Below are positions 51,601 to 60,770 of a stretch of 64,000 bases of DNA, piece by piece. Both the position numbers and the translations under genes were made by a program. The stretch is from an uncultured Chthonomonadaceae bacterium (GTDB lineage Bacteria > Armatimonadota > Chthonomonadetes > Chthonomonadales > Chthonomonadaceae). The DNA lies in NCBI GenBank assembly GCA_963835065.1, contig CAWIEK010000044.1, positions 288,001-352,000 on the forward strand. Direction: 5' to 3'. A model generated the notes under the pieces. The model searched no databases. It was not told the origin of the DNA and saw only the letters and a list, made by a program, of their open reading frames with translations. The number at the start of each line of letters is the position of its first letter. The first letter of the stretch is position 1.

Positions 51601-52387
51601 TATAATGACCCCAAGAATTCGGACAGTGGTTTAAGGTGGTGGCTGTGTCACAATGAACACAGGAGAACCTACCATGTCTACAACCCGTAAACGCTATTCT
51701 GCCGAGTTCAAAGCAAAACTGGCTCTGGAAGTGGTCAAGGGCAACCACACTCTCGCCTGTGGAGTTGCGACCTCCCCTCTATTCCCTTACCGAAAGGATT
51801 TGTCTACCTGTTTGCCATTCTCGATTGGTACAGCCGCTTCGTGTTGAACTGGCAATGGTCCAACACGCTCGATACCGCCTTCTGCTGCGAAGGACTGGAT
51901 CAGGCTCTGGGAAGCGGCAAGCCCACGATCTTCACTAAGTAGACCAAAGGCCAAACTTCGTAGAAAATCAATCTCGAAAACCTACGAACTTACACCAACG
52001 GGCTACTTAGTGATCAAGGCGTCCAATTTACCAGCAAGGAGTTCACCGGTCGCCTGCTATCGGCTGATATTACCATCAGCATGGATGGGCGAGGCCGGGC
52101 GCTGGACAACATCTTCGTGGAACGCTTGTGGCGAACGGTCAAATACGAAGACGTGTATCTGAAAGGCTCCGAGACGCCGAAAGAAGTGTTCAACGGATTG
52201 CGCGATTACTTCCAGTTCTATGCGATTACTTCCAGTTCTATAATGAAGCGCGTCCACACCAAGCCTTGGACTACAAAACGCCGGCCCAAGTGTACCGCCA
52301 AGCGCTCAGTTGCGAGAGCGCCAACAACCGACGCGGCGACCACCTGAAACAAAACGAAAATTTGTCTTGACAAAGGGGGGCACTATA
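51601..52387 (+). mobile_element. Internally deleted IS3-family element
   Basis: Ends TATAATGACCCC..GACA / TGTC..GGGGGGCACTATA; OrfA RKRYSAEFKAKLALE; OrfB SDQG.QFTS, MDGRGRALDNIFVERLWRTVKYE, YNEARPHQAL. Confidence 0.85.
51938..52007. mobile_element. 70-bp MITE with TA target duplication nested in the IS3 remnant
   Basis: TA-AGTAGACC...GGGCTACT-TA with 26-bp imperfect TIRs; removal restores FTSDQG. Confidence 0.75.
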
Positions 52388-52593
52388 CGGTTTGTAATCC
52401 GAGCGCGTGGCAAAAATGAATTTTGTCATGTGTCACTTCTCAAACTTCGGCATAGCCAGCGCCTATCAAGGAAAGTATTAATGTGGAGCCACCCCATTGC
52501 GTAACTCCTGTTGCGCCTCGCTGATGTTCATCTGATTGACTTCCTCCTGAGAATGTAAAGGTGCCAAAACTACATCGGTCAATACCATCTTTT

Positions 52594-53049
52594 CTACTTC
52601 CATTGATAAGGCTTTATGTGCCAGTATCCTTTTTCTTTGATAACGATGTACGGGGCGCGCATCCCGTCAATTCCGCCGGTAAAAAGATCGGCCTGTACCT
52701 TTACCAGTTTGGGCGTTTCCCAGGTTATGCCTCGTATATCCAGCCGACTGCCCTGTTTGCCCGTTTCCTTGTCCGCAGGAATACGCTTTACATAAGTCAT
52801 TTGGCTTGCAGGCCGCAGCGTGTGCTTGCGGTCTTGTAAAGGACGCAAAAACGCGGCAGGGGCGCTTTTGCCGTACAAACTTACGAACAGCAGCGTGTTG
52901 TCCTCCGCCGAAAAATGCCTCTGGTAACGAACGACAGCCGCATAAATCTCTTGTTCTTCCGCCGCATCGTGTTGCTGCGCGAAAGCGGGGCGCAAGAAAC
53001 CACAGGCCAGCAAGCTTACAATGGCAAACAGAACAGCTTGGCTTCGCAT
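52594..53049 (-). CDS. Exported hypothetical protein
   Basis: SD gaggagg; signal peptide ending AFA. Confidence 0.7.
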   Translation of the reverse strand: MRSQAVLFAIVSLLACGFLRPAFAQQHDAAEEQEIYAAVVRYQRHFSAEDNTLLFVSLYGKSAPAAFLRPLQDRKHTLRPASQMTYVKRIPADKETGKQGSRLDIRGITWETPKLVKVQADLFTGGIDGMRAPYIVIKEKGYWHIKPYQWK

Positions 53050-53110
53050 TTGAAACCTCCTCTTCTATACAACATAGCTTTCGCTCCTTACTCACCGAGG
53101 CCGTCTGTGG

Positions 53111-53596
53111 CTACCAGGCGGCTAACCCATTTTCAAACGGCTGCCAGTTTGCCGCCTCAACCCAATCATCGGGATGCTCGTCATGCGCGAAGAGCGCGAA
53201 ATTGTCTGCTGCGCCGCGCTTCAAAACAAAAGCGGCAATCTCCTGCCGACGATTTTCTGCCGCAACAGACAGAAAAACCGAGAATAAATCTTCCGGTGAC
53301 TCGAAGAAATCCGCGTAGCGTTCTTCTATGGCGTCCAGGCGATGAAACTCCACGCCTCCTGCGCATTTACTTCCACCCGTATAGATTTTACAGGCTCCGA
53401 CATGCAGCAGAAAGTAGCGGTACTTGGCGTTGAAAGCGACATGCCATTGCCGTTCAAAGGCTTCTAAATCGGCTTCCGTGTAGCGGGCTAAACTGGTAAA
53501 AGCAAATTCCGAACCGAAAGGCAGAACGATAGGCTGTCCGTTGCTTTGACTAATCCAATTATGGAGTTGTTGACAGGCGGCTTCAAACGGCATCAT
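53111..53596 (-). CDS. SMI1/KNR4-like immunity protein
   Basis: TEADLEAFE...F...YRYFL..VG pattern. Confidence 0.55.
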   Translation of the reverse strand: MMPFEAACQQLHNWISQSNGQPIVLPFGSEFAFTSLARYTEADLEAFERQWHVAFNAKYRYFLLHVGACKIYTGGSKCAGGVEFHRLDAIEERYADFFESPEDLFSVFLSVAAENRRQEIAAFVLKRGAADNFALFAHDEHPDDWVEAANWQPFENGLAAW

Positions 53597-54120
53597 CGTC
53601 CTCCGTTCCTTTCTGGCGCGGATGCAGCAGGACGCAGAACAATTACCTGCGCCTCTTCGCAATAGTAGACGTCACCTATCTTTTTACCGGGCGCAACCTC
53701 CACTTCGGAAAAGCCATACATTACGCAGTTGCCATCCTCTGCTCCGACCTGCAGCCTGAGCGTCGTATCGCGCATCAGGAAGGCAAGCGTTTCGGAGGGG
53801 GAAGCGGCTGTCAATCGATTCACCAGTTCATAAAGTTCACTGTCGCTGCCGAACCACTGAATGAGGACAATCTCCCCTCTTGCCGAAGGCACAAAACATG
53901 CGCCCCACTCGCTGTCCGATAGCACCAGCATATCCCGGCTGTAGCGCTCAATCACGTGAACGCCGTCCTCACACGCGCAAATCACGTCGTAATCCGTCTC
54001 GACGCTCCCGCCTCTCATCAGGCTGTTGTTGAAGTCGTTAGCCCCTTGCCACTGCGCGGCGGCAGTCGTTTGCAGCACAACTGATGGCCCGCCGTCACCT
54101 CCTATCCACTCGGTTTCCAT
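53593..54120 (-). CDS. Imm21-like immunity protein
   Basis: WIGGDGGP.VVL...WQG...TDYD.IC. Confidence 0.6.
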   Translation of the reverse strand: METEWIGGDGGPSVVLQTTAAAQWQGANDFNNSLMRGGSVETDYDVICACEDGVHVIERYSRDMLVLSDSEWGACFVPSARGEIVLIQWFGSDSELYELVNRLTAASPSETLAFLMRDTTLRLQVGAEDGNCVMYGFSEVEVAPGKKIGDVYYCEEAQVIVLRPAASAPERNGGR

Positions 54121-54410
54121 CGTACGCGGCTTCCTTTTTACTGTAGGCAATATACCCCTCGTCACCGAAACGCAACAGGTACAGGAAGTATTCGCTAAAG
54201 AGAAGGTATTTCCCTTAGAGCCTCTCCCAATAGGAGGGGCATTTGCGTCCGCAGGACGCTTGTACTTTCCTGCCAAATACTTTTAGTACCCTGCTAATTC
54301 AGGATAGCCCCGAAGCAAGCGCTCTCTCCCCGTTCTCCACAACGCCAACAGCAACCCTCCCGCAAAAATAATCCCGCCAAATAAAGACACCAAAAAGACA
54401 CCAAAAAAGC

Positions 54411-54695
54411 GAAACCTTTGCCTCCCACCCCCTGTCTAACAATACAAACGTCTACTATACCAACACGAAGGTTGAACGTTAGAGTTCCTATCAACTAACA
54501 ACCTAAACCTAAAACCCTAAAACCCTAACCCAGAAGGGAGGCGCAAAAAGATGCCTGTCCACACCCGCCCGCCCTGACGCTTTCGAGGTCACGACGCCTC
54601 ACTCCTACAACCAGACACAACGAGACATCGGGCTGGAAGCGCTGCATTGCCAAGATTTCGACGATGACTCTACATACCCTTTTCTGAACCGCTAA
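54411..54695 (+). other. Twin unit copy 2: ECF-like promoter, SD, mini-ORF MPVHTRPP* (54551-54577), conserved core
   Basis: Same architecture as copy 1; +1 frame is open to TAA at 54693-54695. Confidence 0.8.
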
Positions 54696-54754
54696 CGCCT
54701 TTTTCATACTGCTTTGAAGGATTGCCCACCTCCCTTGCCGAATGTAACGGCACT

Positions 54755-55759
54755 ATGCTTATCGGAATCCTCTTTATCGCTTTCCTCGGCTTTATTATCT
54801 ATGCCGGCGTTGCTTCCAATCGCAAACTCGCGGAGCGGCGGGGGACGGTCACGGCGCAAATGAACGGGCTGATAACGCAGATGAACGGCCTGGTCGCGCA
54901 AAGTCGCGCCCTCGACGCCAACACCATCGCCCGCGTAGACGAAGCGCAGACCGCCGTTCACGCCAAACTGAATCAGGCGCGGGAACTGCTGCCCCTGGCG
55001 GTGAAAGATCGGCACTTCGAGCGCATCGGACGCATTCTGGCGCAGACGGAAACCAAAATGGGCAATCTACAGGCCAGCCTGCAGCGCGCCCAAACGCGAA
55101 TGGATGCCCGAACGCAGCGTCAGGCCGAAGCCCAACAGCGCCGCGAAGAAACCCGGAGCCAAAATGCCATGCAGCGTACCTCTCGCGGTTCGTTTGCGCC
55201 GCCCGCGCAAGTCACGGATGCCCAAACCGACTGGAACGTGATGCCGGCTGGCGAGCGCGGCGCGTGTTTCTTCTGTTCGCGCCCCTGCCTGCTGCGCGAA
55301 CTCACGCCTGTTACCGTGCCCATCGGCGGGCAGGCGCAGCGCGTTCTGGCTTGCCCGCAGGACTTGGCCGCTATACGCGCCGGCAATCTGCCGCCCATCC
55401 GCGCCTTCGACATGAACGGCAGGCGTGTGCCCTGGTACGCTTATTCGCGCTACAATCCCTACCGCGATTACTACGTGGATCGCTTCGACGCCGACATCTA
55501 CCTGAACCGCTATCCCCTCGACATCATCGAACCGATCTTCTGGAACTTCAACACGCCCTACCTTTACGACGATGGCCCCGCCTACGTCTTTTCCCCGCAG
55601 GCCGAACCGTACCAGGACTACATGAGCGCCAATGCCGCCGCGTCCATAGACCCGAACCAGAATGTCGGCGGCGCGGACTTTTCCAATGCCGACCCTGGAG
55701 TCGGCGGCGTAGATTTTGCGAACAATGCCGATTTTGCAGTCGGCCAGGATGTGTCGTAA
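54755..55759 (+). CDS. Membrane-anchored hypothetical protein (coiled coil + CFFC motif + Tyr/Asp-rich tail)
   Basis: N-terminal TM, ACFFCSRP. Confidence 0.7.
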   Translation: MLIGILFIAFLGFIIYAGVASNRKLAERRGTVTAQMNGLITQMNGLVAQSRALDANTIARVDEAQTAVHAKLNQARELLPLAVKDRHFERIGRILAQTETKMGNLQASLQRAQTRMDARTQRQAEAQQRREETRSQNAMQRTSRGSFAPPAQVTDAQTDWNVMPAGERGACFFCSRPCLLRELTPVTVPIGGQAQRVLACPQDLAAIRAGNLPPIRAFDMNGRRVPWYAYSRYNPYRDYYVDRFDADIYLNRYPLDIIEPIFWNFNTPYLYDDGPAYVFSPQAEPYQDYMSANAAASIDPNQNVGGADFSNADPGVGGVDFANNADFAVGQDVS

Positions 55760-55763
55760 CAAT

Positions 55764-55841
55764 GCAGGCATCAGGCATTAGGCATTAGGAAAATGCAGGA
55801 TTGGCTCCTTCCTAATGCCTAATGCCTGATGCCTAATGCCT
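55764..55841. repeat. Heptamer palindrome (GGCATYA)n/(TRATGCC)n
   Basis: Related arms at 20289-20383 and 60172-60186. Confidence 0.8.
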
Positions 55842-55862
55842 TGCCAAGAACGGAGTACCCGT

Positions 55863-56954
55863 ATGACGCGAAGACCGCGCCTGCTGTTTTATGCCGTCAA
55901 CGGGCTGGGATTGGGACACGTTACGCGCTTGATCGCCATTGCCCGCCAAATTCGGAAGCGCGTTCCCGATGCCGAAATCGTGTTTTTAACCTCGTCCGAA
56001 GCGGAAAGCGTGATTTACCGCGAAGGGTTTGCCGCCTTCAAAGTGCCGTCCAAAACCCTGCGGGCGGAAGCCAACATTCGCCCCGCCACCTATGCCCGCC
56101 TGCTGCAAACTCTGGTTCTCAACCTTGTGGCCGCTTTCAATCCCCATATCCTGATTGTGGACACCTTTCCCGCCGGCGTGATTCAGGAACTGCTGCCCGT
56201 CCTGCGCTGGGACGGCTACAAAGTGTTCGTGTACCGCGCGCAGCGCCTGGAAATCGCCGAGTCGCCCCTGATGCAGAACACGCTGCCCCTGTACCATCTC
56301 GCCATTGTGCCGCACCATGCCGACGAGGAAGACACGCCCCTGCCGGACGGCCTGCCCGCCGTGTGGACAGGGCCGATTTTGATACGCAGCCGGGAAGAAG
56401 CCAAAACGCGGGCGGAAGCGCGTCAAACATTGGGATTGCCCGCCGAAGGCGATGTTGTGTATATCACGTTCGGCGGGGGCGGGGATAAGGCCATGAATCG
56501 CGCCCTGCATCTGGCAACAGAAGCATTGGCCGAACTGCCGAACGCGCATCTCGCCGTTGCCGCCGCGCCTCTGTACCGGGGCGACCTGCCGCGCGGCTCA
56601 AACCTCACGCTCGTAGACTACTACCCGATGGCCGAATTGTACGCCGCCTTCGATGCCGCCGTGTCCGCCACCGGCTACAACACTACAATGGAACTGCTCC
56701 ATCATGGCGTGCCCACCGCGTTTGTTCCATTCGCCCGCCAGGTAGACGACCAGGAAGCCCGCGCTCGCCACATCGCTCAGGCCGATGCAGGCATTGCGCT
56801 GATTGACCTGCAAGCCCACGCTTTGCAGGCAGCCGTAACGCGCCTGCTCGACCCAAACGAAGCCGCCCGCATCCGCGCCAACGCGCAGGAAATGGTTCCC
56901 GACAGCGGCGCGGAACGGGCCGCAAACGCCATTTTAGATTTACTTCCGAATTGA
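55863..56954 (+). CDS. Glycosyltransferase (GT-B, GT28-like)
   Basis: NGLGLGHVTR, VDTFP, FGGGG, ATGYNT..E, DDQEARA. Confidence 0.85.
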   Translation: MTRRPRLLFYAVNGLGLGHVTRLIAIARQIRKRVPDAEIVFLTSSEAESVIYREGFAAFKVPSKTLRAEANIRPATYARLLQTLVLNLVAAFNPHILIVDTFPAGVIQELLPVLRWDGYKVFVYRAQRLEIAESPLMQNTLPLYHLAIVPHHADEEDTPLPDGLPAVWTGPILIRSREEAKTRAEARQTLGLPAEGDVVYITFGGGGDKAMNRALHLATEALAELPNAHLAVAAAPLYRGDLPRGSNLTLVDYYPMAELYAAFDAAVSATGYNTTMELLHHGVPTAFVPFARQVDDQEARARHIAQADAGIALIDLQAHALQAAVTRLLDPNEAARIRANAQEMVPDSGAERAANAILDLLPN

Positions 56955-57002
56955 CGCTTTTCGTAGTTCCAGCATCCCTATCAACTACAAATTCTCAACT
57001 AT

Positions 57003-57771
57003 TCAGGGCTGAAGTTTGCGCAGGAGGGCGGCGAGGCGTTCGGGGTCATCGCGGAGGAGGAGGGCGAGCTGCTTGCCCGCGCGCACCAGAAAGTTGAAAT
57101 CGCGGTCACGACACTCGTAAACGTGGGACAGGCAGGCCGCGACAAGTTCGTCCGGGGGAACGTCGGCGGAAACGGCAAGCATCTGGCGGACAAAATCGGG
57201 GGTATCGGAAAGGGCGCGCACTTCCGCGCTGTCGCATCCATCCACAAAGGCGTGGAGGCGGGGCGGCTGCGGCGGCAATCCCAGGCGAATACGCCCGTTT
57301 CGCACATAGCCGAAGGGCAGGGCCACAAACTCCGTTGCCAACAGATCGAAAATCTGCGGCTGCTCGGCGGCAAGCGCGGCTTCTTCCAGCCCATACGCCG
57401 AAGCGCGGCGGCCCAGATCGGTTCCACCGGTAGAAGCGGCGCACACAAGAGCGTACAGCGTGTCGTCGGGAACCATTGCGCCCGCGCGCGCTCCATTTGC
57501 CGCGGCAACAGAGGCGGAAGGCGGGCGGATCGGCGAATGGGTCTTCATCCTCCTGCAAGCGAGCAGGGAACGGACGCAAAGCCGCGCTGCTTGAAGTTGT
57601 GGCGCTGGATACAAGCGACGCGGCGCGCGCTCCGGGCGGCAGCGCCTTGACAAATGTGCCGAGTATGGGCGGCTGATGCAGCCGCTCACGCGGGCATTGG
57701 GCAACGAAGCGCGTGGTACTCGCCTCGATGATTTCACCTGCAGGAACGGCGTAAGAAGGTAAATCAGGCAT
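57003..57771 (-). CDS. HAS-barrel-domain protein, frameshift ~57520
   Basis: GEIIEAST..F.AQC..L..PP.LG.FV; PQIFDLL.TEF, LPPQPP.LH, LLRDD..RL. Confidence 0.65.
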
Positions 57772-57822
57772 GGGAACCAAAAAGTTCAAAGGAAATTTAG
57801 ATGAAATTCAGAAGCAAATGCG

Positions 57823-58461
57823 TCAGCGCTGCACCGGGATGGCAGACATGGCCGTAGGCACGAAAGGACGCCTGGGAAACGCGCCGAACAAACCGGCAGG
57901 GCGGCGTCTCACCGGAGACGCCGCAGCCGCTTCGGCAGCCTGCGAACGAGTCAGGTAGCGGATATGGGCAATAGGATAGACAAGGGGAGCGGGCGAGCGC
58001 GTAACCCGCAGTTCGCCCACTTTGTGGGGCGAGGAGCCAATGTAGGTTTCATATAGGTCAAGGTCGTAGACCTGGCCCAGACAATCCTGGGCTTCACGCC
58101 AGGCGGACAAAGCCACGCGATCCATATTCCAGGGTTCCATGCGGGCGGGACACATCAATTTGATGCGGCTGCCAGCGTGATTGACCTCCTCGAAACGCGC
58201 CCGAATCGCTATTTTGGACTCATGCTCTCGAAAGCGCTCCGTGAACCGCTGAGCAAAAAGGTCCTGCCGCTGCTTTAACGACATGGGGGGGGTGTCGGCG
58301 GCGCGGGCGGCAATCTCCTGGTGAATGGCGGCAGGAGCCGGCGACAGCATCAGCACAGCATCCAGCGGGTCTGCTTCCGCGCTGCGGATCGAAACGCCGT
58401 TCAAGTAAAACAAGATACCGCCGACCGCCCCCAATGCGCCGAGAAACCAGAGATGTTTCAT
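57823..58461 (-). CDS. Hypothetical protein with N-terminal signal/TM segment
   Basis: SD aagga, MKHLWFLGALGAVGG. Confidence 0.65.
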   Translation of the reverse strand: MKHLWFLGALGAVGGILFYLNGVSIRSAEADPLDAVLMLSPAPAAIHQEIAARAADTPPMSLKQRQDLFAQRFTERFREHESKIAIRARFEEVNHAGSRIKLMCPARMEPWNMDRVALSAWREAQDCLGQVYDLDLYETYIGSSPHKVGELRVTRSPAPLVYPIAHIRYLTRSQAAEAAAASPVRRRPAGLFGAFPRRPFVPTAMSAIPVQR

Positions 58462-58618
58462 AATTGCGTTCCTTTGCCTGGTCATGTCGCGGCAAACTCC
58501 GCGACAGCAAACCGATTGTACCCTATCGCTCCACAATGCTATTCAAATTATAGGGTGAGACGCTGGATTCCTGCGTTATTTTTCATTTGAAATAAAATTT
58601 TTGCAAGCAAACAAACAG

Positions 58619-58645
58619 GGAACAATCGCCGCCGCGCGTTCGTCA
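58619..58645 (+). promoter_or_regulatory. ECF-type promoter upstream of stress protein
   Basis: GGAAC-N17-CGTCA. Confidence 0.5.
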
Positions 58646-58821
58646 TGTTTTTAAGCAGGCATATCGCCTGTTGCCGCGTATGCTTCCAGGTTCGCTTTGT
58701 AAGCGGCGCGCGACCTCATCGCCTCCCGCCCCACCGTGATCGTTCGCTTCTCTTTCCTCACGCGGGGCGATAGACGCAGTCCCCGGAAGGACTTATCCTT
58801 ACTCGTCAGGAGAACGCACGA

Positions 58822-59142
58822 ATGGCACGTAAAGCACCACAGCCGGAGCCGCTGCAAGAAACCGCTCCACAGCAATCCGAGAATCTCGAAAACAATGCCG
58901 AACACACCGCCGGGCGGGGCTGGCACGGCAACCCGGAAGGCCACGCTTCCGCAGGCCGCAAGGGTGGCGCGAAAGTCGCCCAGGATCGCAGCCACATGGC
59001 CGAGATCGGCAAAAAGGGTGGCGCGAAAGTCGCCCAAGATCGCAGCCACATGGCCGAAATAGGACGCAAAGGCGGCGCGAAAGTGTCCCAGGACCGCCAG
59101 CACATGGCCGAAATCGGCAAAAAAGGTGGCGAAAGCCGGTAG
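58822..59142 (+). CDS. KGG-repeat general stress protein
   Basis: GWHGNPEGH followed by tandem 20-aa DRSHMAEIGKKGGAKVAQ-type repeats. Confidence 0.9.
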   Translation: MARKAPQPEPLQETAPQQSENLENNAEHTAGRGWHGNPEGHASAGRKGGAKVAQDRSHMAEIGKKGGAKVAQDRSHMAEIGRKGGAKVSQDRQHMAEIGKKGGESR

Positions 59143-59150
59143 GAGTATTC

Positions 59151-59513
59151 ACCACCCGCTGCGCTAGAGACACAGAGACACAGAGGTTTCACAGAGGAAG
59201 AAAAGGAGAAAAGGAGAAAAGGAGAAAAGGAGAGATGGAAACCGCGAAACACACGAAATAAACGAAAAAAGACGAAAAGAACATGGGCAAAAAGACAGAA
59301 AGAACAAATTCGCAGATGCTGCCTTGTGTTCAGAACAAACAGGCTTTTCTTCTCAGTTCGTAATCCTGTTTAATCCTTCTAATCCCGTTAATCCTGTCTA
59401 TTTCTCTTTGTTCTTTTTTCGTCTTGGTTCGTTTCTTTCGCGGTTCCCTACTCCTCTCCTTCTTCCCCTCTGTGAAACCTCTGTGTCTCTGTGTCTCTAG
59501 CGCAGCGGGTGGT
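59151..59513. repeat. Large nested palindrome between convergent genes
   Basis: 47-bp perfect terminal IR plus inner purine/pyrimidine-rich arms. Confidence 0.9.
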
Positions 59514-60097
59514 TAATTGAATTTACAAGGCAGGCGCAGGGCGCGGCGCAGGCGGGCGTAATACTCGCGGTGCGGGATTTCGATGGCTCCCAGGCTTTGC
59601 AGGTGCGGCGTCACGTACTGCACGTCCAGCAGGGCGTAGCCGCGTTCGTTCAGGCGCGAAACCAGGGCATGCAGCGCCACTTTGGAAGCGTCCGTTTCGC
59701 GGTGAAACATGCTTTCCGCCATGAACGCGCCGCCCAAACTGACGCCATACGTTCCGCCCACCAGCCGCCCGTCCCGCCACGTTTCCACACTATGCGCTTT
59801 GCCCAATCGGTGCAGTTCGCCGTACAAAGCGATGAATTCCTCGGAAATCCACGTTCCCTCTTCCCGATCCGCGCAGCCGCGCATCACGCCCTCGAAATCC
59901 GTGTCGTAACGCGCCTCGAACACGTCCTGCCGAATGGTTTTGGCAAGCGAGCGCGACGTATGAAACCCATCCAGCGGCAAAATAGCGCGCGGGTCGGGCA
60001 TGTACCAGCGCAGTTCGTCAATCTCGTCATGGTACATCGGGAAAACGCCCCGCTTGTACGCGAATTCAATTCCGGCAGGCGTGAAGGTCAGGAACAT
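59513..60097 (-). CDS. aat: Leucyl/phenylalanyl-tRNA--protein transferase
   Basis: AY..G.FP, PDPRA, AHSVE.W, LVGG.YG, F..ESMF, DASKVA. Confidence 0.93.
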   Translation of the reverse strand: MFLTFTPAGIEFAYKRGVFPMYHDEIDELRWYMPDPRAILPLDGFHTSRSLAKTIRQDVFEARYDTDFEGVMRGCADREEGTWISEEFIALYGELHRLGKAHSVETWRDGRLVGGTYGVSLGGAFMAESMFHRETDASKVALHALVSRLNERGYALLDVQYVTPHLQSLGAIEIPHREYYARLRRALRLPCKFN

Positions 60098-60184
60098 GGT
60101 CGGTAGGCATTAGACGGGAGGACTGGCTGTTCTGCTGATTGTAAAGTGCGCAACATGTTCAGGTTAGTTTCTAATGCCTAATGC

Positions 60185-60523
60185 CTACTTCAAGCACCTC
60201 GGCAGCGTAAACGTCCCATCCGCATTGGGCGGGAACGGCACGACATCGGTGACGGCGGAAACATTCAGCGGGCCATAGATGTGCGGGTACGTGCCGCCAT
60301 TGGACGCCAATTCGTATTTGATTTCGGACTGCGCTTTGTGGGCGTCAATAACAAGCAGGCATAAATTCGCGCGCCCATGATAGAAAAGCAGAGCGGTGTC
60401 CGCCACTTGCGCGGGCGTGGAGCAGTGGATAAAGCCTTCCGTTTCCAAACTTGGCGCTCGGTACTCCCCGCTTGCCTGCGCGGATTGCCATTCGCCCGGC
60501 GTACAGATATGCAGCAGCGTCAT
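60185..60523 (-). CDS. DUF952 protein
   Basis: SL..EGFIHCS, YPHIYGPL. Confidence 0.9.
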   Translation of the reverse strand: MTLLHICTPGEWQSAQASGEYRAPSLETEGFIHCSTPAQVADTALLFYHGRANLCLLVIDAHKAQSEIKYELASNGGTYPHIYGPLNVSAVTDVVPFPPNADGTFTLPRCLK

Positions 60524-60770
60524 GGTGATTTCTCCTGAGCAGAAAGGCGCTGAAAGTTCATAGTTCGCGCATCCCTATCAACTATCAACTATGAACTGTC
60601 AGTTTTGTCTCTGCCTGCATGGTTACGCTTTTCCATACGCAATCGCGGCAGTTATGGCGTCAGAGTTTTGCGCGTTTTTCTCTCCCACATTCGCCTTTCT
60701 TCCGTTTCGTGCTACCATTTAGAACAGAATTATCTTTGCAAATTCTTTGCAGGCGTGAGGAGAACGATTC

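Noticed and set aside
46486..54677. The two 108-nt cores as att sites or direct repeats bounding an 8-kb mobile element
   Set aside because: No integrase, the cargo is mostly ordinary metabolic genes, and the shared promoter/SD/mini-ORF architecture extends outside the identical core
46486..54677. DGR template/variable repeat pair, or selenocysteine read-through of the TGA
   Set aside because: No reverse transcriptase nearby and the mismatches are not adenine-specific; frame 0 of copy 1 hits another TGA two codons later
58960..59135. 60-bp tandem DNA repeats
   Set aside because: Explained by the coding repeats of the KGG protein
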